Assembly (NCBI RefSeq): GCF_963921235.1
Contig: NC_086110.1
Location: 13,578,001-13,642,000 of the forward strand
From: Mobula hypostoma
Taxonomy: Eukaryota
Direction: 5' to 3'
DNA: 64,000 bases
Part shown: piece by piece, positions 50,436 through 64,000 of the stretch
How positions within the stretch are numbered: the stretch's first letter is position 1
Layout: each line of letters begins with the position of its first letter
The notes under the pieces: model-generated
The model's database searches: none
Seen by the model: only the letters and a program-made list of their open reading frames with translations
What the model was told of the DNA's origin: nothing
Position numbers and translations under genes: made by a program

Positions 50436-51600
50436 ATAGAACCATAGAACCATAGAAACTACAGCACAGAAACAGGCCTTTTGGCCCTTCTTGGCGGTGC
50501 CGAACCATTTTCTGCCTAGTCCCACTGACCTGCACACGGACCACATCCCTCCATACACCTCCCATCCATGTATCTGTCCAATTTATTCTTAAATGTTAAA
50601 AAAGAACCCGCATCTACCACCTCATCTGGCAGCTCATTCCATACTCCCACCACTCTCTGTGTGAAGAAGCCCCCGCTAATGTTCCCTTTAAACTTTTCCC
50701 CCCTCACCCTTAACCCATGTCCTCTGGTTTTTTTCTCCCCTTGCCTCAGTGGAAAAAGCCTGCTTGCATTCATTCTATCTATATCCATCATAATTTTATA
50801 CACCTCTATCAAATCTCCACTCATTCTTCTACGGTCCAGGGAATAACGTCCTAACCCAGTCAACTTTTCTCTGTAACTGAGTTTCTCAAGTCCCGGCAAC
50901 ATCCTTGTAAACCTTCTCTGCACTCTTTCAACCTTATTTATATCCTTACTGTAATTTGGTGACCAAAACTGAACACAATACTCCAGATTTGGCCTCACCA
51001 ATCCCTTATACAACCATATCATAACATTCCAGCTCTTATACTCAATACTTTGATTAATAAAGGCCAATATACCAAAAGCTCTCTTTACGACCCTATCTAC
51101 CTGTGACGCTACTTTTGGGAATTTTGTATCTGTAGTCCCAGATCCGTATGTTCTACTGCACTCCTCAGTGCCTTACCATTAACCCTATATGTTCTACCTT
51201 GGTTTCTCCTTCCAACGTGCAATACCTCACACTTGTCTGTATTAAACTCCATCTGCCATTTTTCAGCCCATTTTTCCAGCTGGTCCAAGTCCCTCTGCAG
51301 GCTCTGCAAACCTTCCTCACTGTCTACTACACCTCCAATCTTTGTATCATCAGCAAATTTGCTGATCCAATTTACCACATTATCATCCAGATCATTGATA
51401 TAGCTGACAAGTAACAATGGACCCAGCGCTGATCCCTGTGGCACACCACTAGTCACAGGCCTCCACTCAGAGAAGCAATTCTCCACTACCACTCTTTGGC
51501 TTCTTCCATTGAGCCAATATCTAATCCAATTTACCATTTCTCCATGTATACCTAGCGATTTAATTTTCCTAACTCACCTCCCATGCGGGACCTTGTCAAA
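50436..51600 (-). mobile_element. 5'-truncated CR1 inserted in inverted orientation
   Basis: ORFs 51109-51537 and 50516-51067 (KFADDTK, RPNLEYC); (CTATGGTT)n tail at 50436-50456. Confidence 0.92.
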
Positions 51601-51604
51601 GGCA

Positions 51605-52085
51605 GAAGATTCACTCGCATGATTCTGGGAATGAGAAGTTTAACATATGAGGAACGTTTGTCCGCTCTTGGACTGTATTCCTTGTAGTTTAGAAGGATGA
51701 GGGAAGACCTCATAGACACATTTCGAATGTTGAAAGGCATGGACAGAGTGGATGTAGCAAAGTTGTTTCAATGATGGGGGAGTCTAGTACGAGAGAGCAT
51801 GACTTAAGGATTGAACGGCGCCCATTCAGAACAGAAATGCGAAGTATTTTTTTTTTAGCCAGAGGGTGGTGAATCTATGGAATTTGTTGCCACTGGCGGC
51901 AGTGGAGGTCAGGTCATTGGGTGTATTTAAGGCAGAGATTGATAGGTATCTGCGTAGCCAGGGCATCAAAGGTTATGGTGAGAAGGCTGGGAGTGCGACT
52001 AAATGGGAGAATGGATCAGATCATGATAAAATGGCGGAGAAGACTCGATGGGCCGAATGGCCGACTTCTGCTCCTTTTATGGTCT
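51605..52085 (+). mobile_element. CR1 3' end fragment
   Basis: Closely similar to 13065-13525. Confidence 0.85.
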
Positions 52086-53214
52086 AAATGCAGCAGAGTA
52101 CCAAATGAATCTGTATAACTGGGTAGGATTCCATTGTGTGAAGTACATTTGGATTGGTACATGGGTAGAACATTTAATTGTGCTGAGATCCAAACGCAGC
52201 CAAATAGGGCCAATTGGGGTTTTCAATAGTGCAATAGTTCAATAGTTCCAATTTAATATCACTGAATACAAAACAATATAAAACCTGAAATTCTTAGCCT
52301 TCGCAGACATCCATGAAATAGGAAAGTACCCCCAAACAATCAATGACAGCAGAAACGTTAGAATTGTGGTCAGAAAACGTTAGAAAACGTTAGAAGGCTT
52401 TGGGGAAACTTCTCCTCCCCCTCCCACCCACAAGTACCACTTCCTCCAATGTTACTTCTACCCCTACAAGCAAACAATAGCAAACACCCCTGTCATGGTC
52501 TGGTCCATGAAATCTGCATTCCGGTTCACCGTCCGGTCTTCGGACGCAGGACTCCGGGTTTTCCAGCTGTCCCTCGTTTGGTTGACTTAATCATAGGCAC
52601 CTGATTCCCGTCTTTGGGCTTGGAATATAAGTAGTGTGGGCTTCTGGTTTGTCTTGTCAGTCCCCCTTGGAGCAAGCTGCTGATGGATGGTTGGTGAAAC
52701 TATTTGTGATCTCTAGGCCTGGTTGGAGGACCACCGCTTCAGAGAGCCTTATTGCCACTCGTTGGCGTAGTCTTGGCAGTATGGATTCGGCAGTTTCCCG
52801 GGCCAGCTGAGTTGCCGTCAACCACTCCGAGCTAGGTAGGGATCCGGCTGTTTCTGTAGCCATCGGAGGTTGCTGTCTGTAACTGCGGCTCGGAGAAACC
52901 CCGAAGCAGAGATGGAACTGTCTGTCGTTCTTTGGTGTTCGTCTCTTCTTATCCTCGCCTCTGTGTAGTAAGTCCGGCCATTCTGCCGTTGCCCAACAGG
53001 TGGACCTGTCCCACGTTGGTGTGGAGAGGTCGAGTCCCGGCTTGTCTTAGTAGAAGCCCCGGCTCTATGTCTATGTACTGTCCTGTCTCATGTTGGTGTT
53101 GTGTTAACGATGAGTCCTGGCTTTTCGAGGGACAATTCCCGGCTCTGTGTTGATGTTCAGTTTCCAGTCGGTATCTCAGCTCCAGCCTCCAAGTTATCAG
53201 CCTTCGCATTTCAA

Positions 53215-53957
53215 GACGAAGATTCCGCAGCCAAACTCCAAAAACTAAAGCCTCGAAGATCCCGCAGCCAAGCTCCAGGAACCCAAGCCTCGAAGATCCC
53301 GCAGCCAAGCTCCAAGAACCCAAGCCTCGAATATCCCGCAGCCAAGCTCCAAGAACCCAAGCCTCGAAGATCCCGCAGCCAAGCTCCAAGAACCCAAGCC
53401 TCGAAGATCCCGCAGCCAAGCTCCAAGAACCCAAGCCTCGAAGATCCCGCAGCCAAGCTCCAGGAACCCAAGCCTCGAAGATCCCGCAGCCAAGCTCCAG
53501 AAACCCAAGCCTCGAAGATCCCGCAGCCAAGCTCCAGGAACCCAAGCGTCGAAGATCCCGCAGCCAAGCTCCAAGAACCCAAGCCTCGAAGATCCCGCAG
53601 CCAAGCTCCAAGAACCCAAGCCTCGAATATCCCGCAGCCAAGCTCCAAGAACCCAAGCCTCGAAGATCCCGCAGCCAAGCTCCAAGAACCCAAGCCTCGA
53701 AGATCCCGCAGCCAAGCTCCAAGAACCCAAGCCTCGAAGATCCCGCAGCCAAGCTCCAGGAACCCAAGCCTCGAAGATCCCGCAGCCAAGCTCCAGGAAC
53801 CCAAGCCTCGAAGATCCCGCAGCCAAGCTCCAGGAACCCAGGCGTCGAAAATCCCGCAGCCAAGCTCCAGGAACCCAAGCGTCGAAGATCCCGCAGCCAA
53901 GCTCCAGGAACCCAAGCGTCGAAGATCCCGCAGCCAAGCTCCAGGAACCCAAGCGTT
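53215..53957 (+). repeat. 37-bp minisatellite, about 20 copies (gaagatcccgcagccaagctccaRgaacccaagcctc)
   Basis: gaagat at 53255 and 53292; 37-aa translational period (3x37 nt). Confidence 0.95.
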
Positions 53958-54250
53958 GAAGATCGCGCGGCCAATCCTCCAAGATCCCAAGCGTGGAAGA
54001 TCGCGCGGCCAAGCCTCCAAGATCCCAAGCGTGGAAGATCGCGCGGCCAGGCCTCCAAGATCCCAAGCGTGGAAGATCGCGCGGCCAAGCCTCCAAGATC
54101 CCAAGCGTGGAAGATCGCGCGGCCAAGCCTCCAAGATCCCAAGCGTGGAAGATCGCGCGGCCAAGCCTCCAAGATCGCAAGCGTGGGAGATCGCGCGGCC
54201 AAGCCTCCAAGATCCCAAGCGTGGAAGATCGCGCGGCCAAGCCTCCAAGC
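53958..54250 (+). repeat. 38-bp minisatellite, about 8 copies (gaagatcgcgcggccaagcctccaagatcccaagcgtg)
   Basis: gaagat at 53958 and 53996; unit homologous to the 37-mer. Confidence 0.95.
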
Positions 54251-55469
54251 TCAAGACCCAAGGCCCCAGCCCGCAGCTAAGCTCAAGACCCAAGGCCCCA
54301 GTCTCAAGCCTCAAGAGTAAAGACTCCAGCCTGTCTCCAAGCTCAGGCCTCTAGACTCCAGACGCGTCCTGTCCTGAAGCCATGTTATGTCTTTGCCTGG
54401 TTCTGGTGTCCGAGCCCGCGGCAAGACCCAGGTTCTGGGTCCTTGTCCAATCTTGGGCTCGGAGTCGTAGTCTTTTCTCCTAATCTCTGGTTTCTCTTCC
54501 TGGTCCCGCTTTCACGAGCCCAAGTCTGCATTCTTGTCCCTGCTCCCTGCCTGTATCCTGTCACGTCCCTAGTCTAGTCAAGTCCTGTTCCTTGTACTTC
54601 ATTGTCTATGTCTCGTATTTGGGATCGTTCACAGCACCGTAGTGTGACAACCGAAGAAATCCATGATTTGCAGTACAAAAAAAACTAATCGCCCTGCCAA
54701 CGAATTCAACGTGCCCCATCTCCCTCTGTCCCTAATAAAGGGACAAAGATTTGTCACACATCGACAGAGGGGAACAACAAAGCAAACAATTCGAAGAGTT
54801 ACGATGTTAAAGTCTGCTCTATTGCTCTTATTCGAGAGAAAGAGAAAGAAAGAGAGAGAGAGTGAGTCCAGTGAAGAAGTAAAAAGTGGACCCCCACCTA
54901 TGAAATCAATTGGAGTGCAAAACTACCTACCTGGAGTTCAGAACTGCAAGGTTTGTTCTTAGACTGGAAGGAAATGATGGGAATCACATTCAAGGGGAAA
55001 ATAGAGTACAGATTCCTCATCAGTTTCAAATACACGTTACAAATATCGACCAGATTTTTTTAATTCAACAGATGCTTGTTAATTGAAACTTGTACTGGAA
55101 AAAATGTATTTTGGTCTTTGAAAGTAGTGATAACAAAAAAAAATCTATTTTCCTGTTGGGATGAAAAATTTTGGAAGCTTTTAATTTAGCCCCCCAAAAA
55201 AAGAATCACCCGTTTAAATCGATTTCGATTTGACAGCCCGAGTTAACACTGGAGACAACTGAACTAATTTTCTCAAGATTCGTATCGGACTATTGATGTA
55301 AGCCCATGAATTATGCAATATTATTCATGTGCATGGTTTTATCACATAAAATCTTTACCTGGCCATCGGGATCGATGACATAGTTGAAGCGTTTTTTTTA
55401 ACAAACCTCTTGCAATTACTGCAAATTCCACGATACTTCCGGTTATAACTTAAAAGCTTCTAGGGAGAA

Positions 55470-58400
55470 ACAAAGTCAAAATAAAGGTTTAAAAAGAGAA
55501 ATTTTCAACCGTTCTTGTTTCAGTCGAAGCAAGCAGCAGAGAAGGGAGTAAATGAATCGGGTACACAAAGTATTTTTTAAACACTGTTCGGGGAGAAGAG
55601 TCTGCACTGCGCAGGCGCGTGACGTAGGGCGCCAAGGTTTAAAAAGAGAAATTTTCAACGGTTCTTGTTTCAGTCGAAACAAGCAGCTGTGAAAAAAGGA
55701 GTGAAGAAATCGGGTACAAAAAGTATTTTTTTAAAACAGAGGGACGGGTTATACTTGAACTACAAGGGGACCAATATCCTTTCAGGGAGGTTTTTTACTG
55801 CTGTTGGGGAGGCTTTAAACTAGATTTGCAGGGGGATGAGAACCAGAGTGCCAGAGCTGACAATGGGGCTGGGGTGAAAATAAATGATGTTGAAAGTTCA
55901 AGCAAAGCAGCAAATAGAAAGGTTGTGAGTGGTGGTAAAAATCTTTTGAGGTGTATATATTTCAATGCTCGGAGTATTGCGGGGAAGGCAAACGAGTTGA
56001 GGGTTGGATTGACACGTGGAATAATGACGTTATAGCAATTAGTGAAACTTGGCTACAAGAGGGACAGGACTGGCAGCTTAATATTCCAGGGTTCCAATGT
56101 TTCATATGTGATAGAGGCAGAGGAATGAAAAGTGTGTGGGGGGGGGGTAGCATTGCTTATCAGCGAAAATATTACAGCAGTGCTCAGAGAGGACAGATTA
56201 GAGGGCTTGCCTATTGAGTCCTTATGGGTGGAGCTGACAAACAGGAAAGGTATGGCTACATTAGTGGGGTTGTATTATAGACCACCAAACAGTCAGCGAG
56301 AATTGGAGGAGCAAATCTGCAGAGATATAGCAGGCAACTGCAAGAAACATAAAGTGGTGGTGAAAGGGGATTTTAATTTTCTACATAATGATTGGGACTC
56401 CCATACAGTTAGGAGTCTAAATGGGTTAGAGATTGTAAAACTTGTTCAGTAAAGTTTTCTAAATCTATATATAGAGGTACCAGCTAGAGGGGATGCAATA
56501 TCAGATCTACAATTAGCAAACGAGTTAGGACAAGTGACGGAAGTGTGTGTAGGGGATCACTTTGTTTCCAGTGATCAAAACACCATTAGTTTCAACTTGA
56601 TCATGGATAAAAATAGATCTGGTCCTAGGGTTGAGGTTCTAAACTGGAAGAACGCGAAATTTGAAGAAATGAGACAGTATCTAAAAAGCGTGGATTCGGA
56701 CAGGTTGTTCTCTGACAAGGATGTGATCGATAAGAGAGAAGACTTCAAAGGAGCCACTTTGAGAGTGCAGAGCTTGTATGTTCCTGTCAGGATTAAAGGC
56801 AAAGTGAATAGGAATAAGGAGCCTTGGTTCTCAAGGGATATTGCAACTCTGATAAAGAATAAGAGAGAGTTGTATGACATGTATAGAAAACAGGGAGTAA
56901 ATAAGGTGCTTGAGGAGTATAAAAAGTGCAAGAAGATACTTAAGAAGGAAAACAGCAGACATGAGGTTGCCTTGGTAGTCAAAGTGAAGGATAATCTAAA
57001 GAGCTTTTACAGGTATATTAAGAGTAAAAGGATTGTAAGGGTAAAATTGGTCCTCTTGAAGGTCAAAGTGGTCAGCTATGTGCGAAACCAAATGAAATGG
57101 GGGAGATCTTAAATGGGTTTTTTTGCGTCTGTATTTACTAAAGAAACTGGCATGAAGTCTATGGAATTAACGGGAACAAGTACTGAGATCATGGAAACTG
57201 TACAGATTGAAAAGGATAAGGAGCTTGCTATCTTGAGGCACATTTAAGTGGATAAATCCCCAACACCTGACAGGGTGTTCCCTCGGATCTTGAAGGAGAC
57301 TAGTGTTGAAATTGCGGGGACCCTGGAAGAAATATTTAAAATGTTGGTGTCTACGTGTGAGGTGCCGAAGGATTGGAGAATGTCTCATGTTGTTCCGTTG
57401 TTTAAAAAAGGATTGAAAAGTAATCCGGGAATTTATAGGCCGATAAATTTGAAGTCAGCAGTGGGTAACTTATTGGAGGGAGTACTAAGAGACAGAATCT
57501 ACAAGCATTTGGATAGACAGGGACATATTAGGGAGAGTCAACATGGCTTTGTGCGTGGTAGGTCATGTTTGACCAATTTGTTGGAGTTTTTCGAGGATTT
57601 TACCGGGACAGTGGATGCTGTCTACATATACTTCAGTAAGGCCTTTTGACAAGGTCCCGCATGGGAGGTTAGTTAGGAAAATTCAGTCTCTAAGTATACA
57701 TGGAGAAGTGGTAAATTGGATTAGACATTAGCTCAATGGAAGAAGCCAAAGAGTGGCAGTGGAGGATTGCTTCTCAGAGTGGCGACCTGTGATTAGTGGT
57801 CTGCCACAGGGATCAGTGCTGGGTCCATTGTTATTTGTCATCTATATCAATGACCTGGATGATAACGTGGTAAATTGGATCAGCAAATTTGCTGATGATA
57901 CACAGATTGTAGGTGTAGTGAACAATGAGGAAGGTTTTCAAAGCTTGTACAGGGATTTGGACCAGCTGGAAAAATGGGCTGAAAAATGGCAGATGGAGTT
58001 CAATAGAGGCAGGTGTGAGGTACTGCACTTTAGAAGGGCAAACCAAGGTAGAACATACAGGGTAAATGGTAAGGCACTGAGGAGTGCAGTAGAACAGAGG
58101 GATCTGGGAATGCAGATACAAAATTCCCTAAAAGTGGCGTCATAGGTAGATAGGGTCGTAAAGAGAACTTTTTGTACATTGGCCTTTATTAGTCAAAGAA
58201 CTGGAATGTTATGATGAGGTTGTATAAGGCATTGGTGAGGCCGAATCTGGAGTATTGTGTTCAGTTTTGGTCACCAAATAACAGGAAGGATCTTAATAAG
58301 GGTGAAAGAGTGCAGAGAAAGTTTACAAGGATGTTGCAGGGACTTGAGAAACTCAGTTACAGAGAAAGGTTGAATAGGTTAGGACGTTATTCCCTGGAGC

Positions 58401-58800
58401 ATAGAAGAACGAGGGAGATTTGATAGAGGTATATAAAATTATGATGGGTATAGATAGAGTGAATGCAAGCATGCTTTTTCCACTTAGGCAAGGGGAGAAA
58501 AAAAACAGAGGACATGGGTTAAGGGTGAAGGGGGAAAGGTTTGAAGGGAACATTGGAGGGGGGGTTTCTTCACACAGAGAGTGGTGGGAGTATGGAATGA
58601 GCTGCCAGACGAGGTGGTAAATGCTGGGTTTTTTTTCACACTTAAGAACAAATTGGACCGATACATGGATGGGAGGTATATGGAGGGATATGGTCCGTGT
58701 GCATGTCAGCGGGACTAGGCAGAATATGGTTTGGCACAGCCAAGAAGGGCCAAAAGGCCTGTTTCTGGGCTGTAATTTTTCTATGGTTTTCTATGGTTTT
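55470..58800 (+). mobile_element. CR1 LINE: duplicated 5' UTR, ORF1 almost deleted, decayed ORF2, 3' tail
   Basis: IYFNARSI, ISETWL, LYYRPPN, KGDFN, SDQNTI, QHGF, KFADDT, RPNLEYC; tail tttttctatggtttttctatggttt. Confidence 0.92.
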
Positions 58801-61361
58801 ATCTAAAGCCTTAGATTTATCTTTCACCGTGTTACTAATCATAAATCTGTTATCTTTCCTGCTCCATCAAAATTCAGACAGAGAAGTGTTGTCACGATAA
58901 CACGTTGCGAATATTCGAAAATCGTCGAATCTATATTTCCCTCGGTTGAACGTTGGCATTAGTGTGCAAGAATTTTTTTTTTAATTGGCGGGTTTTCCCT
59001 GTCAAACTTTTTTTTTTAATTCTCGCCGGTGGTGGCGAATCTCTGGATTTATTTTTTCATCCTGTGGGGTCTGTGGGGGCAAAACTATTGGGACGTTCGA
59101 GGGGAAGTAAGTTTTTTTTTGTTTGAAAGATCGGGTCTGTGGGGAGGATTTCAGGGTCACCAAGAGAATAGTAGCGTAGGGAAAATCTTTCGAGCAAAAA
59201 AGAACGTAAACTACTCCAAAGTGGAAATTAGACAAATATTTAGTATTGTATAACTATATCAATCAAAGGGGCATGGATGGAGTCTAAGTACAAGAATAAA
59301 AAGTCCGCTCAGTAGGCTAATAATATATTGTAAACAGACGCAGCAAGACGAGGGGCCTAGCTCCCCTGAAGGCTAGCCAGGACGGAGATAATGTGAAAGA
59401 ATCGGTGAATCTGACTTTGATTCTTAGAGAGATTCGTGATTTCCGACAAGATATCAACAAACAGCTGGAAGATATTAAAGGATAAATAGGGAAAACCAAT
59501 CTGAGTTTAGATGAAGCCGAAGCGAGGGTTGTAGGGACTGTGGAGAGGCTACAAAACGCAGAGGAGGTGATAGGAGAAATGCTGAAGCTACAAGACCAGC
59601 TCCAGTGGAAGCTAATTGACCAAGGGGGCCGCTCGAGAAGGGAAAATGTGAGGATCTAAGGAGTTCCCGTAGGAGCTGAAAGTAAACCCGGATTGGTGAT
59701 TCCATTCGTGGAGAAGCTGTTTCGAGAGAACCTTGAAATACCAGACGCAAAAGACCTACAGGGACAAAGGGCCCACCGCGCCTTGGCACCAGATCCCCCG
59801 GCTGATGCCCAGCCCAGATCGATTTTAGTCAGATTTCTCAGTTACAGAACGACGGAAGAAGTGCTTAAACTGCATGACAAAAGAAAGGCTTTATGTAGAA
59901 CATCTGTAAAATCAGTTTAGACCAGGATTACACACCGGGCATCCTTGCCAGACGGAAGGGATACGCGGAAACACGGAGGGTCCTGAAGGAAAACAACATC
60001 AGATTTCAGGCCCTGTATCCAGCTCGGCTAAGAGTCTTTAACGACGAGGGGACAAAAAGCTACGCTGCAGTGGAGGAGGCAACGATGGATTTGGCGGTTC
60101 AGGGCTACCCAGAGAAGTTATCACCCAAGCGGAGTGGTTACTGGAGTAGATTCCGCGGTGGACATGGCAGCCAGTGCGGCGAGGATGGTCCATTCGAACC
60201 ACAGTGCCAAGCTATAAGAAAAAGCTGCAAGTATTCAGACGCGAACCTACAGAGTGCAGAATATTTCAGAAATGTCTGAAAAGAGTAAATCGTCCTTAAA
60301 GTTAAAATGAAAGCTGATAGTTGAAAATAATCTAGACTGAATAAATTGAATGATAGCAATATGGCCGAGACATGAAAAGGAGAGAGTTCTCTATGACTGT
60401 TCACACTGCGGAGGGCCCTCTCACACAGATTGGAGATCGGGGTTATCCCTCTGTACTGAGGCGAGTCCGTGCTCTGGCCTCAACGTTGGAAGTCGGGGAA
60501 ATGTTCAAATGTTCTATGTTCAAAAATGCCTCGGGTTTGGTTTTCTTTTCTGGTTTACTGTTGAGAATGGTTTGCTTACTGTGGGTTTAGAGAAGGTGCG
60601 TGTTTTTTTTTTCTATTGGAGAAAAACACAAATTGAACTGGTAAAAATAATTTCCTCTAATGTAAATGGGGTTTTGAATCCAATTAAGAGAAATCAGATA
60701 ATGTCTAAATTGAAGAAAGGGATGACACAAATAACTTTCCTTCAGGAAACGCACATGAGCCACACTGAACTTGCAAAAATTTTTTTTAAATGGTATTTAA
60801 GCATTCATTTTACTCATCATATAAATTGTGCCACAAAGGAGGAGTAGCTACTTTAATATCAAGTGCTCTTAATTGTGAACATATTTCAGAGACTAAAGAC
60901 AAAGATGGATGTTTTGTAAAAATTACAAGAAGTATAAAACGTACCGAAATAACCCTGTTGAATGTTTATGCTGCACCAAGTTGTGAATGATCAGTCTTTC
61001 GACACATTTTTGTCCTAATGGTCAGCACTCAAGGGGTAGTAATCTGCGGAGGGGATTTTAATATTAGGTTAAACCCTGTATTAGATTCTTCAAGAACAGC
61101 TATTCGGAATAAACCTATGACTAGGAAAGTGAATCCATTGATGGAGGAGCTGTGTGGAATTATAGATATGTGGAGGGAATTACAGCCCACTAGTAAAGAC
61201 TATACGCATTTATTCTTTCCCTCGTTCAGCTTATTCAAGGATAGACTCCTTTTCTATTTAACAAGGATAGATTAAGGAGGAAACAGTATAATATTGCAAC
61301 AATTTACCTGTCGGACCATAGTCCAGTCTCTATGACTTTAATTCTGGAAAAGAAAATAAGA

Positions 61362-61497
61362 AACTCTGAAGGAAATAGCTGTGGAGATTGCGGAGGTGTT
61401 AGCGATGTTCTTTCAAAAGTCGATAGATTCTGGCATGGTTCCGGAGGACTGGACGATTGCAATTATCACTCTGCTTTTTAAGAAGGGGGCAAGGAAG
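61362..61497 (+). mobile_element. Small CR1 RT fragment inserted in the L1 ORF2
   Basis: Matches 12014-12145 (LKEIAVEIAEVLAMFFQKSIDSG). Confidence 0.8.
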
Positions 61498-62262
61498 CTT
61501 GGACGTTAAATTCACATATACACAATAACGTGAAAGTAATGGAGAAATTCCGGACAGAAGTCAAAGAATGCTTAGACCATAATGACACAGGCGAAACATC
61601 AGCAGTGATCTTATAAGATATACTGATGGCTGTACTGAGAGGGGAAATTATTTCCATTCCTACCTACATGAAAAATTCGATGCACAAAAGTTCGCAGTCC
61701 TTCAAGGAAAATTAAAACAACTTCAAGTTGTGGATAGCAACAAAATTATTTCTAATTTAAAACAGGAAATTTAGAAAGTACAAAGTGAAATTGATTATAT
61801 ACACATTGGAAACTCAAAGAAACTTTATTTACCCGAGACAAAAGAATTATGAAGTAGGAGGAAAATCGGCATATAAGTTACATAAGCAACTAGCAGACAA
61901 TACAATTCATAGAATAAAGAATCCAAAAACAAAGCTTGTGGAGAATACATTAGGGAAAATTTAAGAGAGTTTTGAAACATATTATCGAGCGCTGTACTCT
62001 CAACCCCGGGCCTCCAATGACCCCCATACAGACACTTCCCTGAATTCTTTAGATCTACCCAACCTCATGGATTTACAAAATGAATGCCTATTAGAACCAA
62101 TAACTGCCAAAGAACTGAAAGCGGCCGTCTCTGATTAAAGGCTGGAGAATCTCCAGGCTCAGATGGGTTTACCTCAGAGTGGTACAAATCGCTGAAGACT
62201 CAGCTAGTTCCATTATTACTCAACACCTTTAATTGGATCTTGCAGAGGGGAGAAATTCCAGA

Positions 62263-62430
62263 TGATTCACGGGGGGGGGGGTGCGGGGGGCAACGGCTTG
62301 GTGCGAAACGGGTTAATACAATTAAGGTGCCCAATATTTAAGTGTGTATTGATTAGTTGGGAGGGGTGAAATGTCGACTGGCATGTGGTGTGTCTACCGA
62401 CCAGGTAGAGGGCAGTGCTGAGCCGTGACA
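62263..62430 (-). mobile_element. Short LTR-end-like insertion in the L1 ORF2
   Basis: Begins TGTCACGG on the minus strand; interrupts L1 RT sequence. Confidence 0.4.
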
Positions 62431-64000
62431 GTCGCGGCTCTCTGGAAACAAACTACAAATTACTTACATCTATATTAGCGTGTAGACTGTACAAGCTTCT
62501 ACCTGGCCTCATCCACTTAGACCAGACTGGATTCATTCAGCAAAACAAAATCAGGACAACATAAGGAGAACTTTACACCAACTGGAACAGGTTTTTAAGA
62601 ACGGGACAGAGAAAGTGATGTTGGGATTAGACGCTGAGAAAGCTTTTGATTCAGTTAGTTGGGTATTGCTTTAGAGAATGTTAGGAAGATTCGGCTTTCA
62701 GGAAAGTTTATTAAAGTAATCCAGACTTTATATGACAGCCCTGCAGCTCTAATTAAGATAAATGGAGACCTCTCTAACTCTTTTATTTTGGAGAGAGGAA
62801 CTAGACAGGGATACCCAATTTCGCATCTCATTTTTGTATTAAACATTGAACCTCTTGCCCAACAAGTAAGACAGAGCGAAATTGTGAAAGGTATCAAGGT
62901 GGCAGGGATTGAAAAGAAAATGGCGCTATTCGCAGATGGAGTTTTAGTCTATTTGAGTGAACCAGAAAAATCATTTAGAGGATTGATTACACTGTTGGAC
63001 GAGTTCGGGAATATATCAATTTATACAATTAATGTAAAGAAAACACAGGTTTTGTCCTTAAATTATACAGCATCAAAAAACTGCAGGATACATATGATCT
63101 TAAGTGAGAAGCTAAATCATTAAAATATTTAGGAATAACCCTGCCAAAAGATCTTTCAACATTGTCACAGGTAAATTAATTTCAGAGATAAATGCAGGTA
63201 TACATAGGTGGAAACTTATCCCCTTTTTAAGTTTAAATTCAACGATAAATACCATAAAATGAATATTCTCCCTCGTTTACTTAACCTTTTCCGGGTTTTA
63301 CCTGCGGAGGTGGACGATAATCAATTTAAAGAATGGGACAAATGGATTTCCCGCTTTTTCTGGCAAGGGAAAAAAAAACCTAGAATCCGATTTAACACCT
63401 TACAGTTAGGAAAGGAAGGAGGAGGTATGGCATTTTCTTGTTTGAGAAATTATTTTTGTGCTTCACGGATAACCCCTCTGTTATATTGGTGCAATAGTGT
63501 ATATAGGGCTAGATGGAAGGAAATAGAATTTGGATTGATTGACAGTTTTCCTCTACAAGCCTCAATAGCGAACAAAGGATTGATGGCCCAATTGGAAAAG
63601 ATTAAAAACAGCTGCATAAATCTCATATTGAAAGTATGGCAGAAGGTGGCTAATTCATCTGGAATTAATAACATACAAAACTTTTCAAATGGTGTGGTTA
63701 TGATACCGAATTTCCTCCCAGCAGAGGAGACAAAAGATTTGAACTGTGGATCAGGAAAGGACTTACAACCTACCTCTTATTCACACATAAAAGTGTATTG
63801 CAAAGTTTCCAATCCCTGCAGGACAAACATGGCCTAGAAAAGAATGACTTTTCAGGTACCTTCAAGTACGACATCATGTTAACCAGAGTTGTAGATATAC
63901 AGACTTATCAACAGTAGGATTAGAATTTTTTCAAAATTCACAATTCGGCTTACAGTTCAATACTAAGTAAATCAGTTTCTCGATTATATAATGCCCTCTC

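Larger units (their letters stand above)
52491..54649 (+). mobile_element. Probable solo LTR (about 2.16 kb) swollen by minisatellites
   Basis: TGTCA...TGACA inverted termini; CACCTG box and aatataagta TATA-like site near 52600-52632; no clean TSD; no coding motifs. Confidence 0.65.
58880..64000 (+). mobile_element. L1-clade LINE (5' UTR, ORF1, ORF2 endonuclease and RT), decayed, runs off the window
   Basis: ORF1 remnant from about 59277 (RSRRENVRI, RAHRAL, RSILVRFLSY); ORF2 from about 60630 (SSNVNG, FLQETH, NVYA, CGGDFN, KAFDSV, RGTRQG, ALFADG, KYLGI, KMNILPR). Confidence 0.92.

Noticed and set aside
52949-54354. Four long ORFs (338-417 aa) on both strands
   Set aside because: They are translations of stop-free 37/38-bp minisatellites with no protein-domain features

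Overview
Vertebrate genomic DNA. The CR1/Penelope/Gmr1 repeat mix suggests a cartilaginous fish, probably a ray (inference). The flanks (about 1-16 kb and 38.4-64 kb) are almost entirely nested, decayed retroelements: CR1 LINEs, an L1-like LINE, three Gmr1-type LTR elements (integrase before RT), a canonical Gypsy fragment and solo LTRs. The TE-poorer middle (about 16-38 kb) holds a minus-strand tandem cluster of non-rearranging antigen-receptor-like Ig genes. One apparently intact gene (leader, germline-joined VJ, C1-set, TM; 28344 to 23483, cytoplasmic exons uncertain) lies between two decayed paralogues, one of which is associated with a duplicated ITIM-like tail. Two ribozyme-bearing mobile elements also stand out. 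A 558-bp TSD-flanked element carries a complete HDV-like ribozyme fold with a hairpin inserted in L3. A TSD-flanked inverted pair of Penelope termini carries hammerhead motifs around a 33-bp minisatellite. All calls come from manual reading; no database search or folding program was run.
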